From assembly GCF_900187275.1 (NCBI RefSeq), contig NZ_LT906458.1, forward strand, positions 1,410,001 to 1,442,000: a DNA stretch of 32,000 bases. The letters are read 5' to 3'. The translations under genes and the position numbers were made by a program. The notes beneath the pieces are model-generated. The model searched no databases and was not told the DNA's origin. It saw only the letters and a list, made by a program, of their open reading frames with translations. This DNA comes from Pasteurella multocida. GTDB lineage: Bacteria > Pseudomonadota > Gammaproteobacteria > Enterobacterales > Pasteurellaceae. Below, piece by piece: positions 20,486 to 29,236 of this stretch. Numbering within the stretch: position 1 is the stretch's first letter; the number at the start of each line of letters is the position of its first letter.

Positions 20486-20513
20486 ATATGAGGGTAAATA
20501 ATCATAAATCAAG
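20486..20513 (-). promoter_or_regulatory. Sigma32 (heat-shock) type promoter of lon
   Basis: Minus strand reads CTTGATT-N13-CCTCATAT. The consensus is CTTGAAA / CCCCATNT. The E. coli lon promoter, as I recall it, is TTGAAT-N13-CCCCATAT. It sits about 40 nt upstream of the lon ATG. Confidence 0.6.
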
Positions 20514-20520
20514 CTTGAGG

Positions 20521-20553
20521 GCAAAAAAGTGCGGTAAAAAATACCGCACTTTT
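20521..20553 (-). terminator. clpX terminator built from an inverted pair of uptake signal sequences
   Basis: aaaagtgcggt (core 20527-20535) - aaaaaat - accgcactttt (core 20543-20551). It is followed by a T-run on the minus strand and lies 17 nt downstream of the clpX stop. Confidence 0.8.
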
Positions 20554-20569
20554 AGATGACATGCAGAAA

Positions 20570-21805
20570 TTATGCTTTATACACGAGTGTTGGCGGTTGA
20601 TTGTCTGTAATGGTGCTGGCTTCTACAATCACTTTTTCAAGATGCTGTAATGAAGGCAAGTCATACATCGTATCCAATAAAATGGCTTCCACAATCGAAC
20701 GTAAACCACGCGCACCGGTTTTACGCGCTAAGGCTTTCTTCGCCATCGCAGTAAGCGCCTCTGGGCTAAATTCCAAGGCAACATCTTCTAAGCTAAATAA
20801 CGCTTGATATTGTTTAATCAGCGCATTTTTTGGTTCAGTTAAAATTTTAACTAACGCTTCTTCATCGAGTTCAGCCAGTGGTGCTACCACAGGTAAACGA
20901 CCAATAAATTCTGGAATTAAACCAAATTTCATTAAATCATCTGGTTCGACTTGTTCAAATAATTGGCTCAGAGTGGCTTTATCTTGCTTACTCTTCACTT
21001 CCGCACTAAAACCAATACCTGATCCCACATGCACACGTTTTTCGATCACTTTATCTAAGCCGGCAAATGCACCACCACAAATAAACAGAATTTTCGAGGT
21101 ATCAACACGTAACATTTCTTGTTGTGGATGTTTGCGTCCACCTTGTGGTGGAATTGAGGCAACCGTCCCTTCAATTAATTTAAGTAACGCTTGTTGTACC
21201 CCTTCGCCAGAAACATCGCGAGTAATCGACGGATTTTCAGACTTACGGGTAATTTTATCGATCTCATCAATATAAATAATCCCTTGCTCTGCACGTTCTA
21301 CATCATAGTCGCAACTTTGCACTAATTTTTGTAGTACATTCTCTACATCTTCCCCCACGTAACCGGCTTCAGTCAACGTAGTGGCATCAGCCATAGCAAA
21401 GGGCACATTCAACATACGTGCCATGGTTTCCGCTAATAACGTTTTCCCGCTTCCTGTTGGACCAATAAGCAAAATATTACTTTTACCTAATTCCACATCG
21501 GTAATCTGTTTATCAGAACGTAAACGTTTATAGTGATTATAAACGGCGACAGACAACACTTTCTTCGCATAATCTTGCCCGATAACATAATCATCTAAAT
21601 GTGCACGAATTTCATGTGGTGTGGGTAATTTTTGTTGTTCTGTACTTTCGACTTCTGGCGTTTCTACGGCATCCGATAACAACATATCATGACATAATTC
21701 GATACATTCATTACAAATATAACCTGATGTGCCCGCAATTAACTTGCTGACGTGTTTCTGTTCTTTACCACAAAAAGAACAATGTAATTCAGTGTCTTTT
21801 TCCAT
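20570..21805 (-). CDS. clpX: ATP-dependent Clp protease ATP-binding subunit ClpX
   Basis: 411 aa. N-terminal zinc finger CSFCGK...CNECIELC, Walker [17 protein letters not shown], pore-loop region GYVGEDV. Confidence 0.97.
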   Translation of the reverse strand: MEKDTELHCSFCGKEQKHVSKLIAGTSGYICNECIELCHDMLLSDAVETPEVESTEQQKLPTPHEIRAHLDDYVIGQDYAKKVLSVAVYNHYKRLRSDKQITDVELGKSNILLIGPTGSGKTLLAETMARMLNVPFAMADATTLTEAGYVGEDVENVLQKLVQSCDYDVERAEQGIIYIDEIDKITRKSENPSITRDVSGEGVQQALLKLIEGTVASIPPQGGRKHPQQEMLRVDTSKILFICGGAFAGLDKVIEKRVHVGSGIGFSAEVKSKQDKATLSQLFEQVEPDDLMKFGLIPEFIGRLPVVAPLAELDEEALVKILTEPKNALIKQYQALFSLEDVALEFSPEALTAMAKKALARKTGARGLRSIVEAILLDTMYDLPSLQHLEKVIVEASTITDNQPPTLVYKA

Positions 21806-21820
21806 TTCTTATCCTAATAC

Positions 21821-22402
21821 TTATCGACTTGCTAACACTTCATCGACCAAGCCATAAGCTTTTGCCTCTTCTGCAGACATAAAATTATCCCGATCCGTGT
21901 CACGCTCAATGCGTTCGATAGTTTGACCGGTATGGAACGCTAAACGTTCATTTAAAGTTTGCTTAATTTTTAAGATTTCCTGAGCGTGAATTTGAATATC
22001 AGAGGCTTGACCACGGAAGCCACCCAAGGGTTGGTGAATCATCACACGTGCACTCGGTAACGCAATGCGTTTACCCGCGGTTCCTCCCGCTAATAAAAAT
22101 GCCCCCATTGAACAAGCTTGTCCTACGCAAAGGGTGCGAATATCCGGTTTCACAAATTGCATCGTATCGTAAATCGCCATTCCCGCCGTTACTGAACCGC
22201 CCGGTGAATTAATGTAAATGTTAATGTCTTTTTCAGGATCTTCAGATTCTAAAAATAATAATTGCGCAACGATCAAATTTGCCATACGGTCTTCCACTTC
22301 ACCGCCTAAGAAGATCACGCGCTCTTTTAATAAACGTGAATAAATATCATAAGAACGTTCCCCTCTTGCGGTTTGCTCAACAACCATAGGAATTACACTC
22401 AT
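21821..22402 (-). CDS. clpP: ATP-dependent Clp protease proteolytic subunit ClpP
   Basis: [25 protein letters not shown]..., catalytic Ser in [11 protein letters not shown], His in MIHQP. The track ORF has 9 extra N-terminal codons. I chose the start at MSVIPM by homology, with a GAGAGAGG purine tract upstream. Confidence 0.93.
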   Translation of the reverse strand: MSVIPMVVEQTARGERSYDIYSRLLKERVIFLGGEVEDRMANLIVAQLLFLESEDPEKDINIYINSPGGSVTAGMAIYDTMQFVKPDIRTLCVGQACSMGAFLLAGGTAGKRIALPSARVMIHQPLGGFRGQASDIQIHAQEILKIKQTLNERLAFHTGQTIERIERDTDRDNFMSAEEAKAYGLVDEVLASR

Positions 22403-22497
22403 CTCTACCTCTCTCAATCCATTAATCATCCGTTTTTAAATCGTTTTGTTATTCTACCTGAAAATTCCGATTTCACTAAATTGAATATTTACACAAG

Positions 22498-22542
22498 ATA
22501 AAAAAGTGCGGTCAAAATATTCAACATTTTGACCGCACTTAA
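22498..22542 (-). terminator. tig terminator built from an inverted USS pair
   Basis: 15-bp perfect stem aagtgcggtcaaaat (22504-22518) / attttgaccgcactt (22526-22540), followed by TTTTTT on the minus strand. Confidence 0.85.
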
Positions 22543-22566
22543 AAGGGATATGACGCTTAAAGCAAA

Positions 22567-23865
22567 TTACGCTTGTGGATTCATCACATCATCAAAAGAG
22601 GCTGCTTTTTCCGTCACTTGTGCTTTTGCAAGAACCGCATCAACAGCTTGTTCTTCCAACACAACATTGCGAATATTATTCATTAACTCTTTGTTCTTGC
22701 TGTAATATTCAACCACTTCAGCCGGTTGCTCATACGCAGAAGCAATCTCTTCGATCATGGTTTTTGCACGTGCTTCATCGACTTTTAACTCATGAGATGC
22801 AATCACTTCCGCTAATAATAAGCCAACTTGAACACGGCGTTTTGCTTGTTCTTCAAACAATTCACGTGGTAATTGTGCAGCTTGCTCTTTGTTGCCGCCG
22901 AAACGTTGTGCAGCTTGACCACGCAATACTTCGATTTCTTGTTCTACTGCGGAAGCAGGTACATCAATCGCATTTTGTGCAAGTAAACCATCAATCACTT
23001 GACCTTTTACTTTTGCGGTCAACGCATTTTTCAATTCACGTTGCATGTTTTTACGAATTTCGTTACGTAAATCATCTACTGTTTTGGTGTTTGGACCGAA
23101 TTTCGCCACAAACTCATCAGTTAATTCTGGTAATACCATTACTTCGACTTTTTTCAAGGTAATCGCAAATTTTGCCGCTTTACCTTTTAAGTTTTCTGCG
23201 TGATATTCTTCAGGGAAAGTCACGTCAATATCAAATTGCTCACCGGCTTTATGCCCCACAATCCCCTCTTCAAAACCAGGGATCATTCGACCTTGCCCCA
23301 TGAATAACGTGAAGTCTTCAGCTTTACCACCTTCAAATACTTCGCCATCTACAGAACCCACAAAATCAATCACAACACGGTCTTCTGCGCTTGCGGCTTC
23401 TTCTGTTTCCGCCCAAGTTGCTTGCTGTTTACGTAATACATCGATCATTTTATCAATGTCAGCTTCGCTAATTTCAACAACTGGCTTTTCCACTTTAATT
23501 TGGTCTAAACCTTGTAAAGCTACTTCTGGATAAACTTCAAAAGTTGCAGTAAATACTAAATCTTTACCTGCTTCAAATTGTTCTACAGCAAAAGCTGGAC
23601 GACCCGCTAAATTGACTTTTTGCTCCATCACAACGTTAAAGAAGTGGCTTTGTAATACATCACCTAGCACATCGTGACGCACAGAGGCACCAAAACGTTT
23701 TTCAATGATATGCGGTGGAACTTTACCTTTACGGAAACCGTCAACACGTGCGGTTTTTGCAACACGTTTTAATTCTTCACGTACGGCACCTTCAACAGTG
23801 TCAGCTGGAACGGTGATTTGAACACGACGCTCAAGACCTTGAGTTGTTTCAATAGTAAATGACAT
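22567..23865 (-). CDS. tig: Trigger factor
   Basis: 432 aa. [21 protein letters not shown]... with a central FKBP-type PPIase segment. Synteny tig-clpP-clpX-lon. Confidence 0.97.
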   Translation of the reverse strand: MSFTIETTQGLERRVQITVPADTVEGAVREELKRVAKTARVDGFRKGKVPPHIIEKRFGASVRHDVLGDVLQSHFFNVVMEQKVNLAGRPAFAVEQFEAGKDLVFTATFEVYPEVALQGLDQIKVEKPVVEISEADIDKMIDVLRKQQATWAETEEAASAEDRVVIDFVGSVDGEVFEGGKAEDFTLFMGQGRMIPGFEEGIVGHKAGEQFDIDVTFPEEYHAENLKGKAAKFAITLKKVEVMVLPELTDEFVAKFGPNTKTVDDLRNEIRKNMQRELKNALTAKVKGQVIDGLLAQNAIDVPASAVEQEIEVLRGQAAQRFGGNKEQAAQLPRELFEEQAKRRVQVGLLLAEVIASHELKVDEARAKTMIEEIASAYEQPAEVVEYYSKNKELMNNIRNVVLEEQAVDAVLAKAQVTEKAASFDDVMNPQA

Positions 23866-24025
23866 TATGTTACCTCAAAATGAATTTGCACTCGGCGAAT
23901 GCACGCACCGAACACGTTAGTAAAAATTAAAGTTAAAAATAACCGACGAATTATAGCGGTTTAAAACACAGCCGTCGAGAAAATGCCACCTAAAAACGCA
24001 TATTTGTTTATTTTTTAACCCAAAC

Positions 24026-24056
24026 AAAAAAGGAAGCTGGCTTTGCTTCCTTTTTG
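24026..24056 (-). terminator. Bidirectional terminator downstream of the BON/LysM gene
   Basis: aaaaaaggaagc-tggcttt-gcttccttttt. A/T runs on both sides. It lies about 20 nt after the stop at 24078. Confidence 0.7.
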
Positions 24057-24077
24057 TAAAAATAAAATCAATGCCTC

Positions 24078-24521
24078 TTAAAGCACTTTCGGCAAACGAA
24101 TTTTCTGACCTGGGAAAATTTTATCCGCGTCTTTAATCACTTCTTTATTTGCTTCAACGATCGCCGTATATTTACTGCCGTTGCCATAAGTTTTCTCAGC
24201 AATTTTCCACAAAGTATCGCCTTTTTGGATCACATAGAACTCATCTTCACCACTTAAGCTTTCGCCACTGACGATCACCACTTTATCCACTTTTACTTTA
24301 GTAATCCCAGCGACATTTCCCGCCATTAAGACTGCCTTCTCGAGCGCACTTGCTGATTTTGCCGTCCCTTCAATGCTGGCAACGCCATCCTCTACTTTCA
24401 CATTGAGGTCTTCAATTCCTGGATTATCCTCTTTAATATGCTTAGCGAGTGCCTCTGCGGCGTCTTCTTGTTTAGAAAAAAGCTTACGCCCAATATCACT
24501 GACAAAATCAAATAAGCCCAT
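24078..24521 (-). CDS. kbp: BON + LysM domain protein (potassium-binding protein Kbp/YgaU-like)
   Basis: 147 aa. MGLFDFVSDIGRKLF N-terminus, BON-like middle region, C-terminal LysM (YVIQKGDTLWKIAEKTYGNGSKYTAIVEANKEVIKDADKIFPGQKIRLP). The symbol is given by similarity to E. coli YgaU as recalled. Confidence 0.8.
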   Translation of the reverse strand: MGLFDFVSDIGRKLFSKQEDAAEALAKHIKEDNPGIEDLNVKVEDGVASIEGTAKSASALEKAVLMAGNVAGITKVKVDKVVIVSGESLSGEDEFYVIQKGDTLWKIAEKTYGNGSKYTAIVEANKEVIKDADKIFPGQKIRLPKVL

Positions 24522-24631
24522 AATACATTCCTCTTTTGTTAAAAAATCAACTAGACCATAACGGAATCATGCGATGAAGTCCACGACTAAGGCAAATCTT
24601 TACATAACTTGAAAATTTTTGCATAAATTTG

Positions 24632-24640
24632 ACCGCACTT
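24632..24640 (-). repeat. Uptake signal sequence core
   Basis: Exact ACCGCACTT in the divergent kbp-ypfJ spacer. Confidence 0.8.
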
Positions 24641-24692
24641 TGAACAATCTAGGCTAAAATACGCTTTTGATGACAACAAGTGAGAACATATT

Positions 24693-25520
24693 ATGCGTTG
24701 GCGTGGTCGTAGAGAAAGCACAAATGTAGAAGATCGTCGTGCCTCAAGCGGTGGTTTAGGTGGCGGTAAGAAAACAGGCATCTTAGGCATCATTATTTTA
24801 CTCATTGGTGCCTATTACGGTGTGGACTTATCCAGTTTAGTCGGCACTCCCGATTTTGGCATGCAGCAATCCAGTCCATTGGCGAGTGAAGAAGAACAAG
24901 AGCTCAACAGTTTATCTAGAGTGGTGCTTGCGGATACAGAAACCGTATGGGGCAATTATTTTGCTAGACAGCAACAACGCTATCAAGCCCCTGTGATGGT
25001 GCTCTATAACCGCGTGACTCACACCGCTTGTGGTACAGGGCAATCGGCTATGGGACCGTTTTATTGCCCAAATGATCGCAAAGTGTATCTGGATTTATCC
25101 TTTTATCAGGACATGAAAACGAAACTTGGTGCTGACGGCGAAGCGGCATTTGCTTATGTAATTGCACATGAAGTGGGGCATCATATCCAAAACCTTCTTG
25201 GTATCTTACCGAAAGTACATCAACTGCAAGGACAAACAAGCCGAACCCAAGCCAATCAACTTTCCGTTAAAGTAGAACTCCAAGCAGATTGCTTTGCCGG
25301 TGTTTGGGCATATCAAGCGTCAAAAACGGGCTTATTTGAAACTGGTGATATTGAAAAAGCTTTCAATGCCGCTGAGGCGGTAGGAGATGATCGCCTACAA
25401 AAACGCAGTCAAGGCTATGTCGTTCCCGATAGCTTTACCCATGGCACCTCAGCACAACGCTTACATTGGTTCAAACGTGGCTTAAACAGCGGCGACCCTA
25501 ATCAATGTAATACATTCTGA
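24693..25520 (+). CDS. ypfJ: YpfJ-family putative zinc metalloprotease
   Basis: 275 aa. [17 protein letters not shown]-terminus, one TM helix, HEVGHH zinc motif. This matches the neutral zinc metallopeptidase (YpfJ) family as recalled. Confidence 0.85.
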   Translation: MRWRGRRESTNVEDRRASSGGLGGGKKTGILGIIILLIGAYYGVDLSSLVGTPDFGMQQSSPLASEEEQELNSLSRVVLADTETVWGNYFARQQQRYQAPVMVLYNRVTHTACGTGQSAMGPFYCPNDRKVYLDLSFYQDMKTKLGADGEAAFAYVIAHEVGHHIQNLLGILPKVHQLQGQTSRTQANQLSVKVELQADCFAGVWAYQASKTGLFETGDIEKAFNAAEAVGDDRLQKRSQGYVVPDSFTHGTSAQRLHWFKRGLNSGDPNQCNTF

Positions 25521-25531
25521 TCTTTTTTAGC

Positions 25532-25574
25532 AAAGTGCGCTATTCATTGAAAACATGTTTATCGCACTTTTTTG
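25532..25574 (+). terminator. Candidate ypfJ terminator (degenerate USS inverted pair plus T-run)
   Basis: aaagtgcg (25532-25539) ... cgcacttt (25563-25570) followed by TTTT. The 23-nt loop is long, so the call is weak. Confidence 0.4.
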
Positions 25575-25700
25575 TTCTTATTCCCTTCCTTACTATCTTC
25601 TTTCTGCATTACCTTGCGTTCCATATCCTGTGACCTTTTTATATTTCAAATTGAATATCCATTTCTCTTACCAAGAAATAAAATGAAAAATAAAAAACTT

Positions 25701-25726
25701 AAAATGAAATATTTTTATTTCATTTT
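25701..25726. promoter_or_regulatory. Perfect 11-bp inverted repeat AAAATGAAATA-tttt-TATTTCATTTT (candidate operator/activator site of the sorbitol operon)
   Basis: Read directly. A third, direct half-site AAAATGAAAAA lies at 25680-25690, 21 bp upstream. The palindrome is centred about 81 bp upstream of the inferred transcription start. Confidence 0.45.
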
Positions 25727-25742
25727 GATAAATTTATTTTCA

Positions 25743-25764
25743 AATTGTGATCTAACTCACTTTT
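25743..25764. promoter_or_regulatory. CRP (cAMP receptor protein) binding site
   Basis: AATTGTGATCTAACTCACTTTT matches the 22-bp consensus AAATGTGATCTAGATCACATTT at 18/22 positions (TGTGA-N6-TCACT). The centre at 25753.5 lies about 41.5 bp upstream of the start predicted from the -10 TATGAT. Confidence 0.7.
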
Positions 25765-25782
25765 TTCAAAACAGAAATGATC

Positions 25783-25788
25783 TATGAT
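25783..25788 (+). promoter_or_regulatory. -10 element (TATGAT) of the srl promoter
   Basis: Best -10-like hexamer at the correct distance from the CRP site for a class II promoter. No good -35 is present, as expected for an activator-dependent promoter. Confidence 0.45.
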
Positions 25789-25844
25789 CAAACACGTTGT
25801 CGTTCTACAGCAACACAATATCAACTCTTCATATAGGAGGTCGT

Positions 25845-26399
25845 ATGATCGAATACATTACACATGGTGCCGAGTGGTTTATTGGATTATTTCAAAAGGG
25901 AGGGGAAGTTTTAGTGAGTATGATGACAGGCATCCTACCTTTATTAATTTCTCTCTTAGTTGTCATGAACGCTTTAATTAATTTTATTGGACAAGAACGT
26001 ATTGAACGTCTTGCCCAACGTAGTGCCGGCAATCCAATCTCTCGCTATTTCATTCTACCTGTCATTGGTACGTTTATTTTTTGTAATCCCATGACATTAA
26101 GTTTGGGTCGCTTTTTACCTGAGCGTTACAAACCGAGCTATTATGCCGCGGCTTCGTATAGTTGCCATTCAATGAACGGTTTATTCCCACATATTAATCC
26201 GGGTGAACTCTTTGTTTACTTAGGCATCGCAAGTGGCTTAACCACTTTAGGTTTACCACTCGGTCCATTAGCAATCAGTTACTTGTTAGTCGGTATGGTA
26301 ACTAACTTTTTCCGTGGTTGGATTACTGACTTTACGACTGCGCTTTTCGAAAAAAGAATGGGCATCAAACTAGATAGAGAGGTCAGAATCGCGAATTAA
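25845..26399 (+). CDS. srlA: PTS glucitol/sorbitol-specific EIIC component (SrlA/GutA)
   Basis: [22 protein letters not shown]...[10 protein letters not shown]...[36 protein letters not shown] is near-colinear with E. coli SrlA as recalled. The start is at the ATG preceded by TAGGAGG; the track ORF begins 16 codons too early. Confidence 0.93.
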   Translation: MIEYITHGAEWFIGLFQKGGEVLVSMMTGILPLLISLLVVMNALINFIGQERIERLAQRSAGNPISRYFILPVIGTFIFCNPMTLSLGRFLPERYKPSYYAAASYSCHSMNGLFPHINPGELFVYLGIASGLTTLGLPLGPLAISYLLVGMVTNFFRGWITDFTTALFEKRMGIKLDREVRIAN

Positions 26400-26429
26400 T
26401 TACCTTGCGAAAATAAGGAGCAACAGAGT

Positions 26430-27419
26430 ATGAATAAAGCAATTTATATTGAAAAAGGAAACGGTGGTTGGGGAGGCCCTTTAACCTTGCCATTAGTTGA
26501 AGGAAAAAAGATCCTGTATATGACAGGCGGTACTCGTCCTGCTATTGTTGATAGATTAATTGAGCTGACTGGTTGGGAAGCCGTAGATGGTTTTAAAGAG
26601 GGTGAACCTGCAACAGAAGAAATTGGTATTGCGATTGTTGATTGTGGTGGCACACTACGTTGCGGTCTTTATCCCAAACGCCGTATTCCAACAATTAACG
26701 TACATGCAACAGGGAAATCTGGTCCACTTGCCGCATATATTGTGGAAGATATTTATGTATCAGCGGTTAAGCCACAACATATACAGTTAATTGATGCCGA
26801 TCTGAGCGTAACAGAAAGCGTGACAGAAACCCCTACGCCAGCTCAACAATATAAAGAATATGATGCTAATAAAAAAATTACTGAACAAAGTGATGGCTTA
26901 CTCGCGAGAATTGGTATTGGTATGGGCGCTATTGTTGCTGTTTTTTTCCAAGCTGGACGAGATACTATCGATACTGTCTTAAAAACAATTCTGCCATTCA
27001 TGGCGTTCGTTTCCGCCTTAATTGGTATTATCATTGCTTCAGGTTTAGGTGATGTAATTGCACATGGCTTAACGCCTTTAGCAAATAGCCCTATAGGTCT
27101 CATCACGCTTGCCTTGATCTGTTCTTTCCCGCTCCTCTCGCCATTCTTAGGACCTGGTGCAGTAATCGCCCAAGTGATTGGTGTTTTAGTCGGAACACAG
27201 ATAGGTTTAGGCAATATTCCACCACACTTAGCACTACCCGCATTATTCGCTATCAACGCTCAGGCAGCTTGTGATTTCATCCCTGTAGGCTTATCTATGG
27301 CAGAAGCCAAGCAAGATACTGTACGCGTTGGCGTACCCGCTGTATTAGTTGGACGTTTCTTAACTGGAGCACCAACAGTATTAGTCGCGTGGTTAGTTTC
27401 TGCTTTTATCTATCACTAA
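26430..27419 (+). CDS. srlE: PTS glucitol/sorbitol-specific EIIBC component (SrlE/GutE)
   Basis: 329 aa. [35 protein letters not shown] (the phospho-Cys region), [26 protein letters not shown]. Colinear with E. coli SrlE as recalled. Confidence 0.95.
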   Translation: MNKAIYIEKGNGGWGGPLTLPLVEGKKILYMTGGTRPAIVDRLIELTGWEAVDGFKEGEPATEEIGIAIVDCGGTLRCGLYPKRRIPTINVHATGKSGPLAAYIVEDIYVSAVKPQHIQLIDADLSVTESVTETPTPAQQYKEYDANKKITEQSDGLLARIGIGMGAIVAVFFQAGRDTIDTVLKTILPFMAFVSALIGIIIASGLGDVIAHGLTPLANSPIGLITLALICSFPLLSPFLGPGAVIAQVIGVLVGTQIGLGNIPPHLALPALFAINAQAACDFIPVGLSMAEAKQDTVRVGVPAVLVGRFLTGAPTVLVAWLVSAFIYH

Positions 27420-27497
27420 ACTTAACGTAATGGACGTTGCCTAGACGTCCATTACCCCCATTTAACTTCAATATTGATACAGATAAGGATTGTAGTT

Positions 27498-27869
27498 ATG
27501 AAAACTCTTTATCAAAGCAGATTTATTCAAATTGGTAATTTTGCAGCAGAAGCCTTAGATGACGGCATGCTGATCACCTTTAAACGAGGTGTGCCGGAGG
27601 AAATAGCTGATTACTGTTATATTCACACCCATGGCGAATTGCACGAAAATTTACAGCTTGGTGATCAGGTGAATTTTAATGAAGAACCTTATTACATTAC
27701 TGCGATAGGGGATGTCGCAAATCTAAACTTCAAAGAACTTGGACACGTCACTTGGCGCTTTGATGGTGCAGTCGTTGCTGAATTTCCAGGGAGCATTCAT
27801 CTACAAGGTCCTCCACCTGAAAGTGTGGCAATCAATAGTTTATTCACGATCAAACGTGATGAAAAATAA
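27498..27869 (+). CDS. srlB: PTS glucitol/sorbitol-specific EIIA component (SrlB/GutB)
   Basis: MKTLYQSRFIQIGNFA...MLITFKRG...YCYIHTHGEL...ELGHVTWRFDG...AEFPGSIHL parallels E. coli SrlB. The start is 8 codons inside the track ORF, with AAGGA upstream. Confidence 0.9.
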   Translation: MKTLYQSRFIQIGNFAAEALDDGMLITFKRGVPEEIADYCYIHTHGELHENLQLGDQVNFNEEPYYITAIGDVANLNFKELGHVTWRFDGAVVAEFPGSIHLQGPPPESVAINSLFTIKRDEK

Positions 27870-27899
27870 TTTATTTTAGTTTTAAAGAAGGAAAAAATT

Positions 27900-28679
27900 A
27901 TGTCAAAAGTTGCAGTCGTTATTGGTGGAGGACAAACATTAGGTGCCTTCTTATCCGAAGGGCTTGCTGAGGCAGGATACCGTGTTGTCGTGGCTGATCT
28001 TAATGGCGAAAATGCGAAGCAAGTGGCTACTCGTATCAATACACAACAAGGGATAGGACATGCAATTGGGTTGCAAGTTGATGCCGCAGATGAAACGAGC
28101 GTAGAAACTCTTGTGCATGCTACAGATCAAGCTTTTGGAAAAATTGATCTCTTGGTTTATAGCGCCGGCACCACCAAAGCTTCACCAATTTATGATTTCG
28201 ATTTGAAAGATTTTGATTTATCCGTAAAAGTCAATTTAACAGGTTACTTCCTTTGTGCGAAGCATTTTTCTCGTTTAATGATCAGAGACGGTATCAAAGG
28301 TCGTATTATTCAAATCAACTCAAAATCTGGTAAAGTCGGTAGTAAACATAATTCGGGTTATAGTGCCGCAAAATTTGGTGGTGTAGGTCTAACTCAATCT
28401 CTTGCATTAGATCTTGCAGATTACGGCATTACAGTACATTCATTAATGTTAGGTAACTTACTCAAATCACCTATGTTCCAATCTTTAATTCCCCAATATG
28501 CGAAGAAATTAGGTATTCCTGAAGAAGAAGTAGAGCAAGTTTACATTGATAAAGTGCCACTTAAACGTGGATGTGATTATCAAGATGTCCTAAATGTCTT
28601 GAAATTTTATGCCAGTGAAGAAGCATCTTATTGTACTGGTCAGTCAATTAATATCACTGGCGGACAAGTGATGTTCTAA
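27900..28679 (+). CDS. srlD: Sorbitol-6-phosphate 2-dehydrogenase (short-chain dehydrogenase family)
   Basis: 259 aa. GGGQTLG dinucleotide-binding motif, NSKSG, catalytic YSAAK. Its position follows srlB. Confidence 0.93.
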   Translation: MSKVAVVIGGGQTLGAFLSEGLAEAGYRVVVADLNGENAKQVATRINTQQGIGHAIGLQVDAADETSVETLVHATDQAFGKIDLLVYSAGTTKASPIYDFDLKDFDLSVKVNLTGYFLCAKHFSRLMIRDGIKGRIIQINSKSGKVGSKHNSGYSAAKFGGVGLTQSLALDLADYGITVHSLMLGNLLKSPMFQSLIPQYAKKLGIPEEEVEQVYIDKVPLKRGCDYQDVLNVLKFYASEEASYCTGQSINITGGQVMF

Positions 28680-28687
28680 ATGAACAA

Positions 28688-28696
28688 AAGTGCGGT
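28688..28696 (+). repeat. Uptake signal sequence core
   Basis: Exact AAGTGCGGT 9 nt after the srlD stop. Confidence 0.8.
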
Positions 28697-28789
28697 GACT
28701 TTTAGCCTAGTTGAGAAAATGTGCATTCTTCTTAGAAATGAACGAGATACAAAACTGGGCTAAAAGTTATTTCAATTCTCGGAGGAACC

Positions 28790-29158
28790 ATGGATACCAC
28801 AACAATATTGATTTTCTTTGCCGCTTTTATGTGGCTTATACAGATTATCCTTGGCTGGCAACAAGTTTCCGCATTTAATCGCGCGTTTATGTCGATCAGT
28901 CAAAAGGGCAAAATTTTAACCGGTAGAAACAGTGGACGTTTTAATCCAAAGTCAATCATTGTACTCGCAATAGACGATAATGAAACCGTTATTGATAGCT
29001 TACAAATGAAAGGATTTTCTGTATTTGCTCGCCCACAAACATGTGAACAAGTCATTGGCTTAAAAGTAGACCAAATTCAACCAGAACGCATTTTTCCAAA
29101 AGATAAAAAATCGCAATTTGCTTTAAAAATTGCAATTTCATCGTTATATAGAAACTAA
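28790..29158 (+). CDS. gutM: Glucitol operon activator GutM
   Basis: 122 aa. N-terminal hydrophobic helix, then GWQQVSAFNRAF...GRNSGRFNPKSIIVLAIDDNETVIDSLQMKGFSVFARPQ parallels E. coli GutM (GGWQISRFNRAF...GRSSGRFKPR...FMKGLTVFARPQ) as recalled. GGAGG lies 5 nt upstream. Confidence 0.88.
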   Translation: MDTTTILIFFAAFMWLIQIILGWQQVSAFNRAFMSISQKGKILTGRNSGRFNPKSIIVLAIDDNETVIDSLQMKGFSVFARPQTCEQVIGLKVDQIQPERIFPKDKKSQFALKIAISSLYRN

Positions 29159-29236
29159 ATACTTAACAATGAAAATTTTTTCTTTCAATTGATACACTTT
29201 TAATCACAAAATATTTATAATACGGCTGAGAAATAA

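Noticed and set aside
22403-22497. A sigma32 or strong sigma70 promoter for clpP.
   Set aside because: Only weak matches are present: CTTGTGT without a CCCCAT-like -10, and TAGAAT with a poor -35. This is not enough to call a feature. The absence is noted in the lon promoter finding.
22575-23162. A 195-aa ORF antisense to tig. Similar antisense ORFs occur at 19793-20212 (139 aa, in lon), 7915-8253 (112 aa, in tsf), 26843-27256 (137 aa, in srlE), 20973-21275 (in clpX) and 13871-14122.
   Set aside because: All lie fully inside strongly supported genes on the opposite strand. They have no SD, and they translate to low-complexity Leu/Ser/His/Cys-rich sequence typical of the antisense frame of AT-rich, codon-biased genes. 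There is no independent evidence that they code for protein.
25572-25981. Two short ORFs (71 aa and 65 aa) in the ypfJ-srlA spacer and the srlA 5' end.
   Set aside because: They cover the AT-rich control region (CRP site, palindrome) or overlap srlA out of frame. They have no SD and their composition is Phe/Leu/Asn/Lys-rich.
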